Source: Tubiluchus corallicola
Taxonomy: Eukaryota > Animalia > Priapulida
NCBI GenBank assembly: GCA_030141605.1
Contig: JAQGDQ010000035.1
Coordinates: 744,001-808,000 of the forward strand
Direction of reading: 5' to 3'
DNA: 64,000 nt
Part shown: positions 12,247 to 24,200 of the stretch, one piece after another
How positions within the stretch are numbered: the stretch's first letter is position 1
Layout: each line of letters begins with the position of its first letter
Translations under genes and position numbers: made by a program
Notes under the pieces: model-generated
Seen by the model: the letters and a program-made list of their open reading frames with translations, nothing else
Databases searched by the model: none
Told to the model about the DNA's origin: nothing

Positions 12247-15200
12247 AATAATAATAATAATAATAATAATAATGCAATAATTTCATGTTGTGACAGATTA
12301 TGTTAAATATACAGATAATAACAGTAAACTTGGTACTTGCGTCACCTCTAGAATCAGTTTCTAGTGCGGAATTTGATGAAGTCATGTGATGCAGGTATAA
12401 ATAAACCGTTGTAAAGATAGTGAATTTGTTTTAAGATAACTGATCACCATCACCATCCTCATTTTCACTATGAAAAAGACCACATGGAGCTCCTAAGAAG
12501 GAACAGCTTAGCCATAGGGGCGCCAGTTCTTAGCCACGTTTTGCCGGGAGAAGGACCAAGTGGCAGTGATGGGTCTAGTCGCCCAGGATCACTCGCAAGC
12601 ATTCAAGGTCGAAAACGATTTGCAGGACCTGGTGCTCCTATTCCAGAGGAAACTGACGCAGATTCAAATAAAGTGAGGATTTTTCTTAATATTTGCCCAG
12701 GACTGCACAACTATGTAGCAAATGTAACAAATGACTTCCTTATTGACAAACAGTTTTCGAGTCATTTTATAATAGTGACAATGTCGCCATTTTGCGCCAT
12801 TATGCATGCAACAATCATTTTGCTATAAAAATTATGCATTATGCCTTACTTATTTGCTTTATAATTTTCCGTTTAGGGCAATTTTTTTCTTGATTGTAGA
12901 ATATATTTTTTTGCTAATAGCTTAAGTTCAATAATAGGACATCACGTAAAGAACGGAGTACTACTGAAACGTTTCGTTACTATCTGTGATCACATTGGAA
13001 GGTATGTAAATGCCTTGTTGGACTTCTTCAGTTAATAAATTGCTACTACTATGCGATACTGTAATAGAAAGTTATTATTTGATGGGTCCTGGTCTGTGAT
13101 TATGTATTGCCACGGTCTGGGTTTGCTCTACATACTAAAATGTGTTAGTTTCTTTTTCCTCTTATCTAGATGTTGGTCAGAACAGAAAAAATCTGACCCA
13201 TTCTAATATTAGAGGACACAAATACTGTCGCAAGACCCAGCGACAGACGATGACCAATCATCATGACCATCATAAGATTTACAGAAATCATCACGAGGTT
13301 ACACGACATTTTTGGCAACACACAACCACATTGTACCTACTATTACAATATTACATAAAGACATTATTTTTGTTTGCCAATGATTGCTGAATGCATAATG
13401 GCGCAAAATGGCTATATAATCATTGTCACATAATGATTCGAAACTGTTATATAATGACGTAATATTGTTACATAACGATGAATTTTGTGATTTTTTACAT
13501 TATGCAGCATTTTGTTATGCAAAGTTGCATCTTACATAATGACCTCAGCGAGAGATAAAGAGCAAGGCAATTTTCACGCCTGGTTGACAAATTAAACTCC
13601 TATTATTTTCCTATTCAATTTCAGCCTAATTAATTTTTTTATTAGTAAGTAAGCAAGCAAGTGAGCAACAAGCAAGCAATTAAACAAGCAAGCAAGTAAG
13701 ACTGTATGTAAAGGTCTTTCATTCTCATTGAAAGGCACCAACTTACCATTCTCCATGGCAACTTTGCAATAGCATAAATTGAAGCAATATTTAAAAACAG
13801 GATGATTTATAATAGTTCTAATTGAAAATAGAGAGCATGAATTATCATCTAGAAGTAAATTATCGTCCACTTTCCATCCATTACTGTAAGAAATTTAATT
13901 AAGACAAATCATTGGGTATGAAAGTAGGATTTTTTTTAACAAAATAAAGATATTATTACAGAAAGATATTTCAGAAGAAATTCATGTCGAAGCCGCCAAG
14001 TCTTTTGACTGGCAACATTTATGTTTTCACGAAGAAGAGGAACCAGAAATCAAGGTCTTTCCATGTTTGCCTGGAATTAAGGCTTCAGCTCCTGAAAAAG
14101 ATGAAGACATGACGGCGGGGAGCTGGGTTTTGTACTTTTTCCACTGGATTCTCTTTGCCGTGTCTTTTCCTTTTGTCTGTGCATTTACCTGGACCATTCC
14201 AGACTGTTCGAAAGAACATAACAAGTGAGTCTTGGTTAAATAATCACTGGAAATAAGTTAGACAAAATAATGATTTGCTAAAATGTCTAATTAATTGGTG
14301 GCCATGCGTAGTATGTGAACTTTTCGTCAACTGCGCTTATACACACTGAAAAGTCCTAACGTCTAAGAATAATCCTGGCACCAGCCCTACTTGTGTAGTA
14401 TTGATAAACTCGGGCTGACTGACTTAACCAGAAAAAAACATTCAGTTTCGGATGCATAAATAATTCAGACTGGCGATGCCTCAGAACTGCATCAAAAATA
14501 ATTCAAATATAAATCTTTAAAATTTTAGTTATTTTTTCGTAATTATAATTATGTAATCTTGTAGTTAAACGACAAAACATCTCACAAACGAGAAGTTGAA
14601 CAAATTGATTTTGTTGAGTTTTTATATTTCTACATTCATCACATAACGGTACAAAGTAAAGACATGTATGCATTGAGTATTATTACACAATTGCAGGAAA
14701 TGGTTTTGGCTGAGCTTTTTGATTAGTGTCATTTGGATAGGAATTCTCAGCTTTGCTATGGTAGCTGTCGTTGGTCGTGCGGGTTGTTTATTACAAATTG
14801 ATGCTTATACTATGGGCCTCGTCGTAATAGCTATTGGAACTAGTGTACCGGTAAGAATTTTGTACTGTATTTTTATGTTTATCAACACAAAATTAAACCT
14901 GAACCCTTCAGTCTACGTAAGAACCCTAAGGTTGTCTTTGATTTTTTTCCATAATCCAACCAATTTGGTAACTACACGAGAACAAAAATAATCTTAGCTC
15001 AGATTTTCAATTCTGTAAAAGAAATCAATAATGTTAATGTTATCAGCGGCTTCATCAATAGCACCAATTTTTATTAAAATATTGACTTTTGATTAACGTA
15101 TATTTTTTTTTACCCAGGACTGCCTAAGCTCTATACTGGTTGCCAGAGACGGTTATGGAGACATGGCTGTGTCAAACGCCATCGGCTCAAATGTATTTGA

Positions 15201-15560
15201 CATTAACCTAGGCCTAGGACTTCCTTTCGTTCTGAGAATGGCGATTGATCAGGGAAATCCAATAAAATTGCTTACAGATGAAGAGCAGGTATTCAAATTT
15301 TACCAAATTTCAAGAAAAAGTAAAATAATAATATAAATTCGTAAATTCTTCCAACCTGATTCCAGTTTGAGTAGAATTATATGACAAGTGTTCTTTAAGT
15401 AATTTCTTAAATTTCGAACGTGCGTTGCATATTTGAGTAGCAGGTAATGTGTTTTGCATTTTGCACCATAAAATGTATAATTGTGGTAGTTCCACAGAAA
15501 TTACCAATAAACCCTTATTTAATAGACCTATATATTAATTTTGTTGGTATACACAGATAC

Positions 15561-15607
<47 letters not shown>

Positions 15608-16093
15608 CCTTCTTTAGAGCATAGAAAATGTGAATAAACTTAATTCTTAATAAACTGGTTTAACTAAATGAATTTAACCTAATCTTGACTAGACCAGTCT
15701 AGTCTAGTCTAGACAAGTCATGTCAAATCTAATCTAATCTAATGTAATCTAATCCAATCCAATCTGATCCAATCCAGTCTAACAAATCCTATACAGTCTA
15801 AGTCTAATGCTTGTAATATACATGAGTTACTCTTTAAAAAAACTATTGTTTATTTTTGACTGTTTTAATTTTATTTTCATTTGCAGTCGTTGTGGGCTTC
15901 GGGGCAAATGGCGATTCTACCTCACGTTAAATTCGGCGTCATTCTGCTGCTGATTCTCGTCATCTGTCAGCTGACGTTTGTTTTAGCGAAGTTTAAGCTG
16001 AATAAGATAGTGTCAGCGTGGTTTGTGTTTGTTTACGTGTCCTTCTTAATTTATGCATTTGTGCAGGAAATTTACTGCAGTTATGACTGCTGA
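1542..16093 (+). CDS. SLC24A: Potassium-dependent sodium/calcium exchanger (SLC24/NCKX family), 12 coding exons, about 677 aa
   Basis: Exons 1542-1704, 4114-4245, 6067-6250, 8210-8267, 9038-9228, 9963-10092, 11089-11232, 12436-12672, 13962-14224, 14697-14850, 15118-15288 and 15887-16093 join in phase (2034 nt). Alpha-1 repeat [20 protein letters not shown]...GTIVGSAVFNIL; alpha-2 repeat [18 protein letters not shown]...[22 protein letters not shown]. The Asp of SNVFD is the K+-dependence residue of NCKX. The paralog cannot be assigned. Confidence 0.93.
1872..1962. repeat. Minisatellite, about 29-30 bp x3
   Basis: Unit approximately ttctcaatagttagaatagctat(g/t)ccatg. Confidence 0.8.
2100..2820 (+). 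mobile_element. Decayed non-LTR retrotransposon RT fragment (RTE-X-like)
   Basis: [23 protein letters not shown]...INVSKT and [15 protein letters not shown], with stops and frameshifts. Confidence 0.7.
3293..3369. repeat. 77-bp dispersed repeat with internal hairpin; second copy at 22705-22781
   Basis: Copies differ at about 2 positions; hairpin TACCTGC-TTG-GCAGGTA. Confidence 0.8.
4114..4245 (+). CDS. SLC24A: NCKX exon 2
   Basis: tttgcag| ... ATAG|GTACGT; [43 protein letters not shown] leads in frame into ALAIICDD. Confidence 0.88.
4666..4757. repeat. (ATT)n/(GTT)n microsatellite
   Basis: Directly visible; produces the poly-I/V ORF at 4598. Confidence 0.95.
6067..6250 (+). CDS. SLC24A: NCKX exon 3 (alpha-1 repeat)
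   Basis: [44 protein letters not shown]...GVGTIVG; AG acceptor, GTTAGT donor. Confidence 0.95.
6809..6884 (+). repeat. Degenerate TTAGGG-like repeat tract
   Basis: ttagggttaaagttaggattagg...ttagggttagggttgaggttagggt. Confidence 0.7.
7490..7873. mobile_element. hAT-like MITE
   Basis: 11-bp perfect TIR CAGGGGCGTAT...ATACGCCCCTG; no intact TSD. Confidence 0.6.
8210..8267 (+). CDS. SLC24A: NCKX exon 4
   Basis: tttcag|A TCA GCA GTT TTT AAC = [19 protein letters not shown]|GTATAT. Confidence 0.93.
9038..9228 (+). CDS. SLC24A: NCKX exon 5
   Basis: [20 protein letters not shown]...[17 protein letters not shown]; donor GTAAGA. Confidence 0.93.
9963..10092 (+). CDS. SLC24A: NCKX exon 6 (cytoplasmic loop)
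   Basis: Phase 2 to phase 0, open frame [18 protein letters not shown]...SKQP; a second in-frame donor follows 10002. Confidence 0.7.
10692..10913. repeat. Compound (CAC)n/(CAT)n microsatellite
   Basis: Directly visible; source of the poly-P/H/T/S/D ORFs. Confidence 0.95.
11089..11232 (+). CDS. SLC24A: NCKX exon 7 (cytoplasmic loop)
   Basis: cttttag|[10 protein letters not shown]...[15 protein letters not shown]|GTAAGT; 144 nt, phase 0-0. Confidence 0.82.
12074..12272. repeat. Duplicated compound (ATG)n/(ATA)n microsatellite
   Basis: The interruption acgaagatggtgataata occurs twice. Confidence 0.95.
12436..12672 (+). CDS. SLC24A: NCKX exon 8 (His-rich cytoplasmic loop)
   Basis: [25 protein letters not shown]...EETDADSNK|GTGAGG; 237 nt, phase 0-0. 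Confidence 0.82.
12715..13480. mobile_element. Foldback/MITE-like element with about 100-bp imperfect inverted arms
   Basis: gccattttgcgccattatgcat...caatcatt (about 12785-12820) is the reverse complement of aatgattg...atgcataatggcgcaaaatggc (about 13379-13412); similarity extends outward. Confidence 0.65.
13962..14224 (+). CDS. SLC24A: NCKX exon 9
   Basis: [10 protein letters not shown]...[26 protein letters not shown]; TIPDC is an NCKX motif; donor GTGAGT. Confidence 0.9.
14697..14850 (+). CDS. SLC24A: NCKX exon 10 (start of alpha-2 repeat)
   Basis: [22 protein letters not shown]...[13 protein letters not shown]|GTAAGA. Confidence 0.95.
15118..15288 (+). CDS. SLC24A: NCKX exon 11 (alpha-2 repeat)
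   Basis: [37 protein letters not shown]...DEEQ|GTATTC. Confidence 0.95.
15566..15605. repeat. (TA)n microsatellite
   Basis: Directly visible. Confidence 0.9.
15887..16093 (+). CDS. SLC24A: NCKX terminal exon 12
   Basis: Two hydrophobic helices around KFKLNK, then stop TGA; AATAAA near 16101 and 16328. Confidence 0.9.
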   Translation, partial: SLWASGQMAILPHVKFGVILLLILVICQLTFVLAKFKLNKIVSAWFVFVYVSFLIYAFVQEIYCSYDC

Positions 16094-17109
16094 AAAACCA
16101 AATAAAATAACAAAACATTCGTCTAATATAATTTATTATGACATGGTTTGTACATTTGCTGTTGTTGCTTAATTTTATAGGAAATGAGATAACCATGCAC
16201 ACATATGCAGTTGTGCACAGTGCACACACGCTGAAAAGAACAGCACGCGCAATTACATGCAGTAGTTCGTGTGGCATGTAGATTTGTATTATGCAAACCG
16301 ATATATCACGTATGTTACAGTTTTCAAAATAAAGTGTTATAGTTAGTAAACAATCATATTAACAAATCGATTCTATCTTGTTAGTTATTTACAGTGACTG
16401 TAAAGTGTGGAAACAGACTGACCTGTAGATGGTGCCTCCCAAAAAGGGCGTAATTTGTCATAATTGTCTGATATCACTTCACTTAACTTCAGAACCGGCG
16501 TCTATTTTTAAAGTCAACTAAACCCTCACTATAATATAAGCTTTACAACTTAAAATCGTACTCTATTACGAATATTCAATTTATTTTATTATAAACTTAC
16601 TGTAAATCTCGTTTCTTTTGATTTTTATCACTTCCTTGTTGGCGGTACTACCATTTTTCGTTGCACGAGACGAATGACATTATGAGTAGAGGTCAACAAA
16701 GATCGGTAAACAAACATCAGTAACCAAAATACGCGTTCTTTAATTCGTACCTCATTCTCGCTGACTGGTCCCGAAATATGGCTATCTTTACGGCAATTTA
16801 CGCGTTCGAAATTTGACAGAAAAAGGTAAGTTATTTAAGACTTTAAGTAAGTCTCTCTTTAATTTATAAGTTCCTTTTTAGTTCACCATCGAATTAGCAT
16901 TAACTATGATTTCTTTGTGTAATCATAATAATGCGTTAAAGAAACTTCAGTGTCATTTGGAGGAAATATAGGCTTTTAAATAATATGCCGAAGCTGCAAA
17001 ATTTAAACAGTGAAAGAAAGTTTATCGTGGATTAAGCTAAGTGGGTCGTCTACCAAGTACCAAGTACTCAGTACTTTTGTAGATGGTGCCATCATCGGTT
17101 TTACTTAAA

Positions 17110-17620
17110 TTTAGTTTTACTATCATTTGCATCAGTCTTTGTAAACATATTGGGAGCATCAGGTTAAACAATAAAGGTGACAAAATAGATCCCTGTGGGA
17201 CTCCAACAGGGATCCCTTCGTATTAGTCAAAAAATAGTAAATTGATCTCAGGAAACTGCCCTTTATACCTGACTGATATAACTAAAAATTAATTCATTTA
17301 TGTCCATATATTGTTCAAAGCCTTCTGAAAGTCACAAATAAGTTTGAAATGATTTTGAAGCGTATTTCTTTCTAGATACTAATCTGGGTAGGTAACGATT
17401 TGTGCTGTGATCTGGTTTAAAGCCTTCTTCCTCTATGTGTAATAGTGCATTTTGTTCCAACCAAGACTTCAACTGGGTTCCTATAAGCTTTTCAACTAGC
17501 TTTTCATAGTACGATGGAATAGTGATCGGTCTGAAATTTGACGGATCACTATAATCATTTTCCCCCTCTTTGTGAATAAACATAATTTTTGCTTTTCGCT
17601 AGGGCCATGCACACAATCAT
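17110..17620 (-). mobile_element. Decayed LINE reverse transcriptase fragment
   Basis: Minus strand FIHKEGENDYSDPSNFRPITI...EKLVEKLI...EEGFK, and later GVPQGSILSPLLFN. Confidence 0.8.
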
Positions 17621-17632
17621 AGGCACAAATAT

Positions 17633-17902
<270 letters not shown>

Positions 17903-18190
17903 TGTTTCATGACTAGTGCTATAGTGCTACTACTATAACTAGTGTTACTACAATGCTAACAAGAGTGTTTCTACATCTCCGCGATAATTTGCTAGCAAAC
18001 TCTCTCACACCTGATTCTGTTGAGTGAATATATTCATTGGACGTTTCAATGGTTGCGCTCAAGCATCGATCCCACATTGCCTCCCTTGAATCAATAATAA
18101 TTCTAACGTGCGCGCACGTAGCTTGTTTTGTGCGCTGTGGACTGCCATTCGAAAATTTTTACATTTTATGTTGACGAAAGGTAGAACACG

Positions 18191-18239
18191 ATGAAAAACG
18201 AGTTTTCAGTTTTAATATTACTGGCAACTCTCAACGTTG
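18191..18239 (+). CDS. Ly6-like exon 1 (signal peptide)
   Basis: ATG...GTT G|GTAAGT; MKNEFSVLILLATLNV. Confidence 0.75.
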
Positions 18240-21200
18240 GTAAGTAGTTTATATTTACGTTTACTGATTATAACTAGATCATAATAATCGTTATCATGTC
18301 TATTGCAACTATACATTTAGATTCACTTGCTACTAGGTGGGTTACTGAAATATAGTTGAACCCGCGAAACGTTCGATCGACTATGAATTCAATAACTGTG
18401 TTGTGCTGTATACGAACAGAACTGTTTTCACCTTATTTATGAACCTGTGTTACTTTTATTGAAAAGGAAAATCTGCAACCTGACCTACTATGGTATTGAG
18501 CGAAAAACCATTTATGGCAAATAGCCTCTCTTTGTTAGCTGATTATATTGGGGTGATGACGTAGCGGCAGAAGTCTTTGTTGTTCGGGACAATAAGACAG
18601 GTTATGGGAAGGGCGGCGAGACGTTGGCAGTTACAGCTAACGCCAGATTTCATAACATATATTTTGAACATGCTTTGCAGCATTTAATAAATATTAATTA
18701 GCTACATTATTTAACCTAGAAAATAAAGTTGGAAATGAAAGTGCTTGCCAGTATTTTATATAAATAATCATGTATAATTGCTTTGCATTGCTTATGTAGT
18801 TAATTTAAATTTTGTCAAAATTTAAAGAACATTAATTATCACAAATTTGTTATTCTTGACACACATACAATGCATAACTAAGCGTTTTTATACTTGAAAT
18901 TCGTTTCCGCTTCAATTTACACTGTAAATTACAAGTGTAGTATATACATGACGACACTTTTTGTTTACCAGCACAATGCTTAAGTATTATGCACTAGTAA
19001 GACTCGAAATCGAATCCCAGTGAAGAAAACCATTTTATAGTATTATCATTTTATAAATTAATAACTTACAAATTAATTTGTACTTTCTTGCTAAAATGCA
19101 TAGTTGTTTTCCTGACGTCACGTTCCTTATATACATGGTAGATTTTTGAGTTGAGAAAGTGAAATTTTCCTGTGTGTGATTGTTAGCCCAGCATACGAAA
19201 TGCGAAAGATATGGGTTCATATTTGAGCAGTGGCATAAAAAATATAAATCAAGCTTTCCTTCTTAGTTCACTCTCGAATTTAGATTTGAGATACGTTTAT
19301 TCCCTGGTAAACATATTTTAAAGACAATTTACAGTAACATGTAGGCTTATTAATATGTGTAATACGAAAGGGGGTAGTTTAATTTATCGCTTTCATAAAA
19401 ACGTTAACATTCAATGTACTAAATTGAACATTGTAAGGTCTGATGAAAATTCAAGAATATGCGCAAAAATATAACCTGATGTTTTATTACAAGACGGTTG
19501 CAAGACTGTACATTTTAAAGTATGTGAACATTTCTTCTCTGAGTGTTGCATACATAACCTGCATGCATGCTATACTGTTTTTTCTTAAATTCGTTGTACA
19601 TTGTATGGATACGGGCGTTCACGGTTAACTCTTTCTACTCTGACGTTTGTGCAAATCAAGGCGAATGCATCAGTGCATGACTATACTAATAATTATAACT
19701 CACCCATCTGCTGCACAGAGCCACATTGTATAGTTGGTGGCTGTTTAGTGTTTGTTTTCATTGCAGACTGTAGTTACTACTGATTTTTTCCCCAAGTGTT
19801 TAAACATTTTAAAAGCAACCGTCAGTCTTATATCTACAAGGTAAACGCGAAGAATAAATTCACAGTTTCTAACAGTGACCTTAAAACGAAATCTGACTCA
19901 TAATAAATTTCATGTTCAGAATTCATTAATTGAAAAAATAAGACTGTTGCTGATTTTAAAAGTTGAAGTAATAGGGAAGCAGCTAAGTACTCATGGTGTG
20001 TGCTGAGCGCACTAGATTACCTGAGTTTGATTGACAAGTGGATGGGTGACTGGGAACTGACTGCTACCGATTGTTTGAATTGATACCAGTATGAATTGGG
20101 AGGACATGCTCAAGTTGTGGAAAGCAGCGCGCAAGTTTATCAGACTTGAGTAATCAAACATAGCGTAAAAGCTTATGCAGAAATTTTGTTTTTTTTCTTT
20201 GATACGCGCTGAACTTTCTTTTGCTTGTAGACCAGAAACAACTGCCTTTGCATTGTTTTGTTTTACTTTCATCTGTCTTTTTTCGTTTTGTACTTTATTT
20301 TGATCTTTTTTTACCAGCCTTGCTTGTGTTTGCTTATTATACGCTAATGATGTAATTATTAATCTAATGATCTAACATATGACTCGGATTCATTAATTTT
20401 ATCATTTCTTAAATTTTGTTTGATTACAGAAAATTTTATTTTACGGGAAGACCACGGTGGCAATAAAAACAGATTAGTTTCCATTCACAAATTAAAGTTA
20501 GTAGTGTGTTTATGACAAGAACTTTACAGCTTAACAGGTTGTAATTTTGTTAAACGTGTAATCAAACATATTATTTAGTTTACAACCAAGTTAATTGTTG
20601 TTAACCACAACTATTAAATTGATTTCTGTCTTTTTTGTTCAAGACATACTATTTTTATATAAAAATTTGACCTGTTAACTATACATCACTGTATGTTTCC
20701 AAGATTTAATTCTAGGAGCATTTTTAATTAATTTAATTATCACTATATTTGCAGATTCTGCAGTATACTAATGCTGATCATGCAAGTAATATACGTAGAG
20801 TAGAACTACTCCTCGAGTCGACTTGTCGTTTCTTTTCTTGTACAATATTAGGCAGTACAAAACTTAAAGCCTGATTGTCAGGCAGGCACATAAAACGTGC
20901 TCGACTAAACAGTTCTAAGCAGAATCCGTTTACGAGTTTGATTATCTGTTTACTAGTACAACATGAGAGTGTCAGTTCAGTTGCAGAGGTAAAAGTAGCT
21001 GAATCCTGTGTGTAATGAGATACACTGATGAGAGAATCATTAATAGTTTTTCGTGAGCATGTGTATGCTTGTCGTTGACAACACGTAGTAATAAAAAATG
21101 TTTAAGTACCATTATTAGATAAGACTGTTTAAAATGGTCTAAAAGGCGACTACGGTCAAATACAGTGCGAAATAGCGATCCGAGTGGTACGTCTCTGCTT

Positions 21201-24200
21201 AGAATCGAACGCACAGCTTCTGTGAAGCAACTCAAATTTAAATGCTTCTCGGAGGCAATTCAAATTAAAAAATACTGTTACATATTAGCTTTGTTATATA
21301 ATTACATAAGTATATTAATGCTAAGAGTGGCTATTGCCAACCTAATGTGCTCTAATGACTTAACTGACGCTAAATAAGTGACTAAGGCAGCATACGAATC
21401 ACAAGTCAAACTTTGACAGTACACGAATCACCTGTCAAACTGCCAGTGCCAAACGCTAAAAGAGTGACTAACACGAAAACATAAATTGTTTTTTCATTTC
21501 GTTGTTTGACATTCAGGGGTTATGTGTTGGTCAGCCTCGTGTGCTTAGTTGAGTTGTAAGAGCATTGTATTCCCAGTATTAACATAAAATATTCTGCAGG
21601 TCTTTTAAATCAGGTCAAGGACGGATTATGATATCTTTGCTACTTGTTAGGTAGAAAAATGCATGTCAGCAAAACTCGCTGCTTTCTCCCAGCTTTTGGT
21701 TGATCCGCTTGCCAGGGAAAACCATATACGTAATCCTACCCCAGAGCAATAGTAACTAATTAAACTATTTTATTGTTAACTTTTGCGATCTCTAGATGTT
21801 GCTATTTATCTTTTGTCTTTAACTGTGCTGTAATAGTTTTGTCATTCAGTTTTGCTCTGTCAAGAAATTTTTAAATTTAATTAAATGTCTTCTTTATTTC
21901 AGCTAGAAAGTCATAGAGCAATAAACGTACAAGTGCAAAGTGCATAATTTTTAGAGAGAGTGTATGGGAAATTAAACACACAAAATAGTACTTACAAATT
22001 CTTCAATCATATAAAAAATAAAATAGCACTTAATTTTCTTAAAAAGCAAGATCAACACGCTCAATCCGTATTTCTGGTTTACGTTATAAGTAATGGCTTT
22101 TCACTATTTATCACACGCAGTTTCAACGTAAATGGTGACCTCTTAACAGCAGGAAATTCAGGTAGATTTAACCAAGTGAGCATTTCACTTAGCGCTATAA
22201 TTGTATGATAACCCGAAAAATGTTCTGATTTCATTATTGTAAGGGTCTCTTAATGAATGGACCTTAAAGATTTTTTTAAATCGGCTATTCACCAGAAGTT
22301 TATGTTAATGTTGCCTTGTAATTTTTACGTCACCTACTGTTTGAATGTCCACTGATGAGGTATGTCAAAAGGGAAACATGTGTAAATTCCTTACAACACT
22401 TTGGAACTAATGATAACCAAAGTTATACAGTCGAGATAAAAGTTGTAAGATGCTTTTCTTGATCTTGTTAAAGATGATTTTGCAAACGTCTTGCAAGTTC
22501 TAAGAAATAAATGCATTTTCAAAGTTCCTAATAAGTAAGGGCATTTCTCAAAATGAAATTGTGAGAAATTATTCTGTCAAATACGTTGTAAAACTGAAAC
22601 CGATTTCCTTTTATTTATAAATAATGTCATAGAAAATGCAAATCTTTTTCATGAACTAGTATATGCACAAATGATAACGTCTCAAAATCTACCTAATAAT
22701 AGGAAAACATTTAATTGCAGATTAGAAAGGTTTTGCATAACATTTGTACCTGCTTGGCAGGTATTTGATAATCAACACAAAGCTAAATTTATCACATCGT
22801 TCATATTAAGTTTACACATAATAACTTCGATCCTTTAAATTGTAAATATGATTTTAAATTTTACATTCTTAAATTTTATTTTATTTAAGAAAAAAAGACA
22901 TTTTTTGTCTTTTTTTAAAGTAATTGTGTAGCTAAATGTATTTCATTGAGAAGTAAAGCGAATAACAATCAATAGAATCCCATACCAATTGTCAAAGACG
23001 TTCTATAATTTTGCTTATTTTAGTATTTTCTAAACTGTGCAAACTTTTACATGATATATACTTAAATAAAGAATGATACTAGTAATAATAGATAAATTAA
23101 AATAAATAAATAAATAAATAATAGTAATGATTATGATGAGGATGATTATGATGATGATGAAGTACATTTTCCACATTATATTTGTTGCTGCCGTTGCTGT
23201 TGTTGTTGTTGTTGTTGGTTTGTTGCGTTTTTGTTTCTGGGTGAGACATAATATTATACACCTGCTTTTCAAATCTATACCAAAGTAAAGGTTTCGTTAA
23301 CTATCACGTTCGTGTACATGTTGTGCGCATGACGAGAATGAACAATAAACCAGCAGTCGGAGCTCTCGAACTCGCGCACAAGGTTGTAAAAATTTATCAT
23401 TCCTGAATTTAGGAGACAAGTTGTAAACTATAAGAATTTTTCGTATATTAAAATGTACAGATGCTAATGGGACAAGAAAATAATTCGAAGCACGTTGCTG
23501 CTGAATTTATTATGTCTTACGGCTAAAATGGACTGAATTTATCAAGAAAATTTTCTATTGGTGTACATGATGTAATGAAATCTGACAGGCGTGGTTATGT
23601 TTGAACTCATTTCACGAGACGCGTTTTGGTCTCGAAAAATTCACTTCGTTTCATTACACAAAAGATCTTGAGCCACTATAGATCTAAGTTACAGCTTTCC
23701 AGCATAGAGGACACAGTCTAAAAAATGCATAGCCAATATCTCTCGCCCTATAACTACTTTAGTTACCAGTGCTATAACCATCGAGGTCGTGAACATAGAA
23801 AGGTGAAGTACATGTGGCTCGTAAAGTTTCAGTTTTTAAGTTTGCGTCATAAAAACATTGTGAATTTTCTTTTGAATTTCATAGTGACAGTTATTATCAA
23901 TTTCAAATTTTACTTTAAAGTCAATTTTTAGTTTGAAATCAATTTATTCGAAGTATTGTTTTTTATAACGTTTTTTGGAACGACAATATGTAATTGATAC
24001 GCTGCACTGCGGTTTTAAACTTATTTCGCTAATTAGTATTTTAACAAAAGATGTCGCTGATAATCAGTCATGTATCAGTCATGAATTTTATTACAAAAGT
24101 AACTGATTCTTGAGCATATGGGCGTGCATTTTTAGAAAGAGAATATTTAAACACTACGCACACGTAGCTGTAAAAATGACTTAATGTTAAGAATTATCCA

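Noticed and set aside
12038-12385. Poly-Met and poly-His ORFs
   Set aside because: (ATG)n microsatellite in NCKX intron 7
19767-20785. Exon-like segments in Ly6 intron 1 (19767-19840 and about 20755-20785)
   Set aside because: Both give stops in phase 1; at most non-coding or alternative 5' exons, with no support
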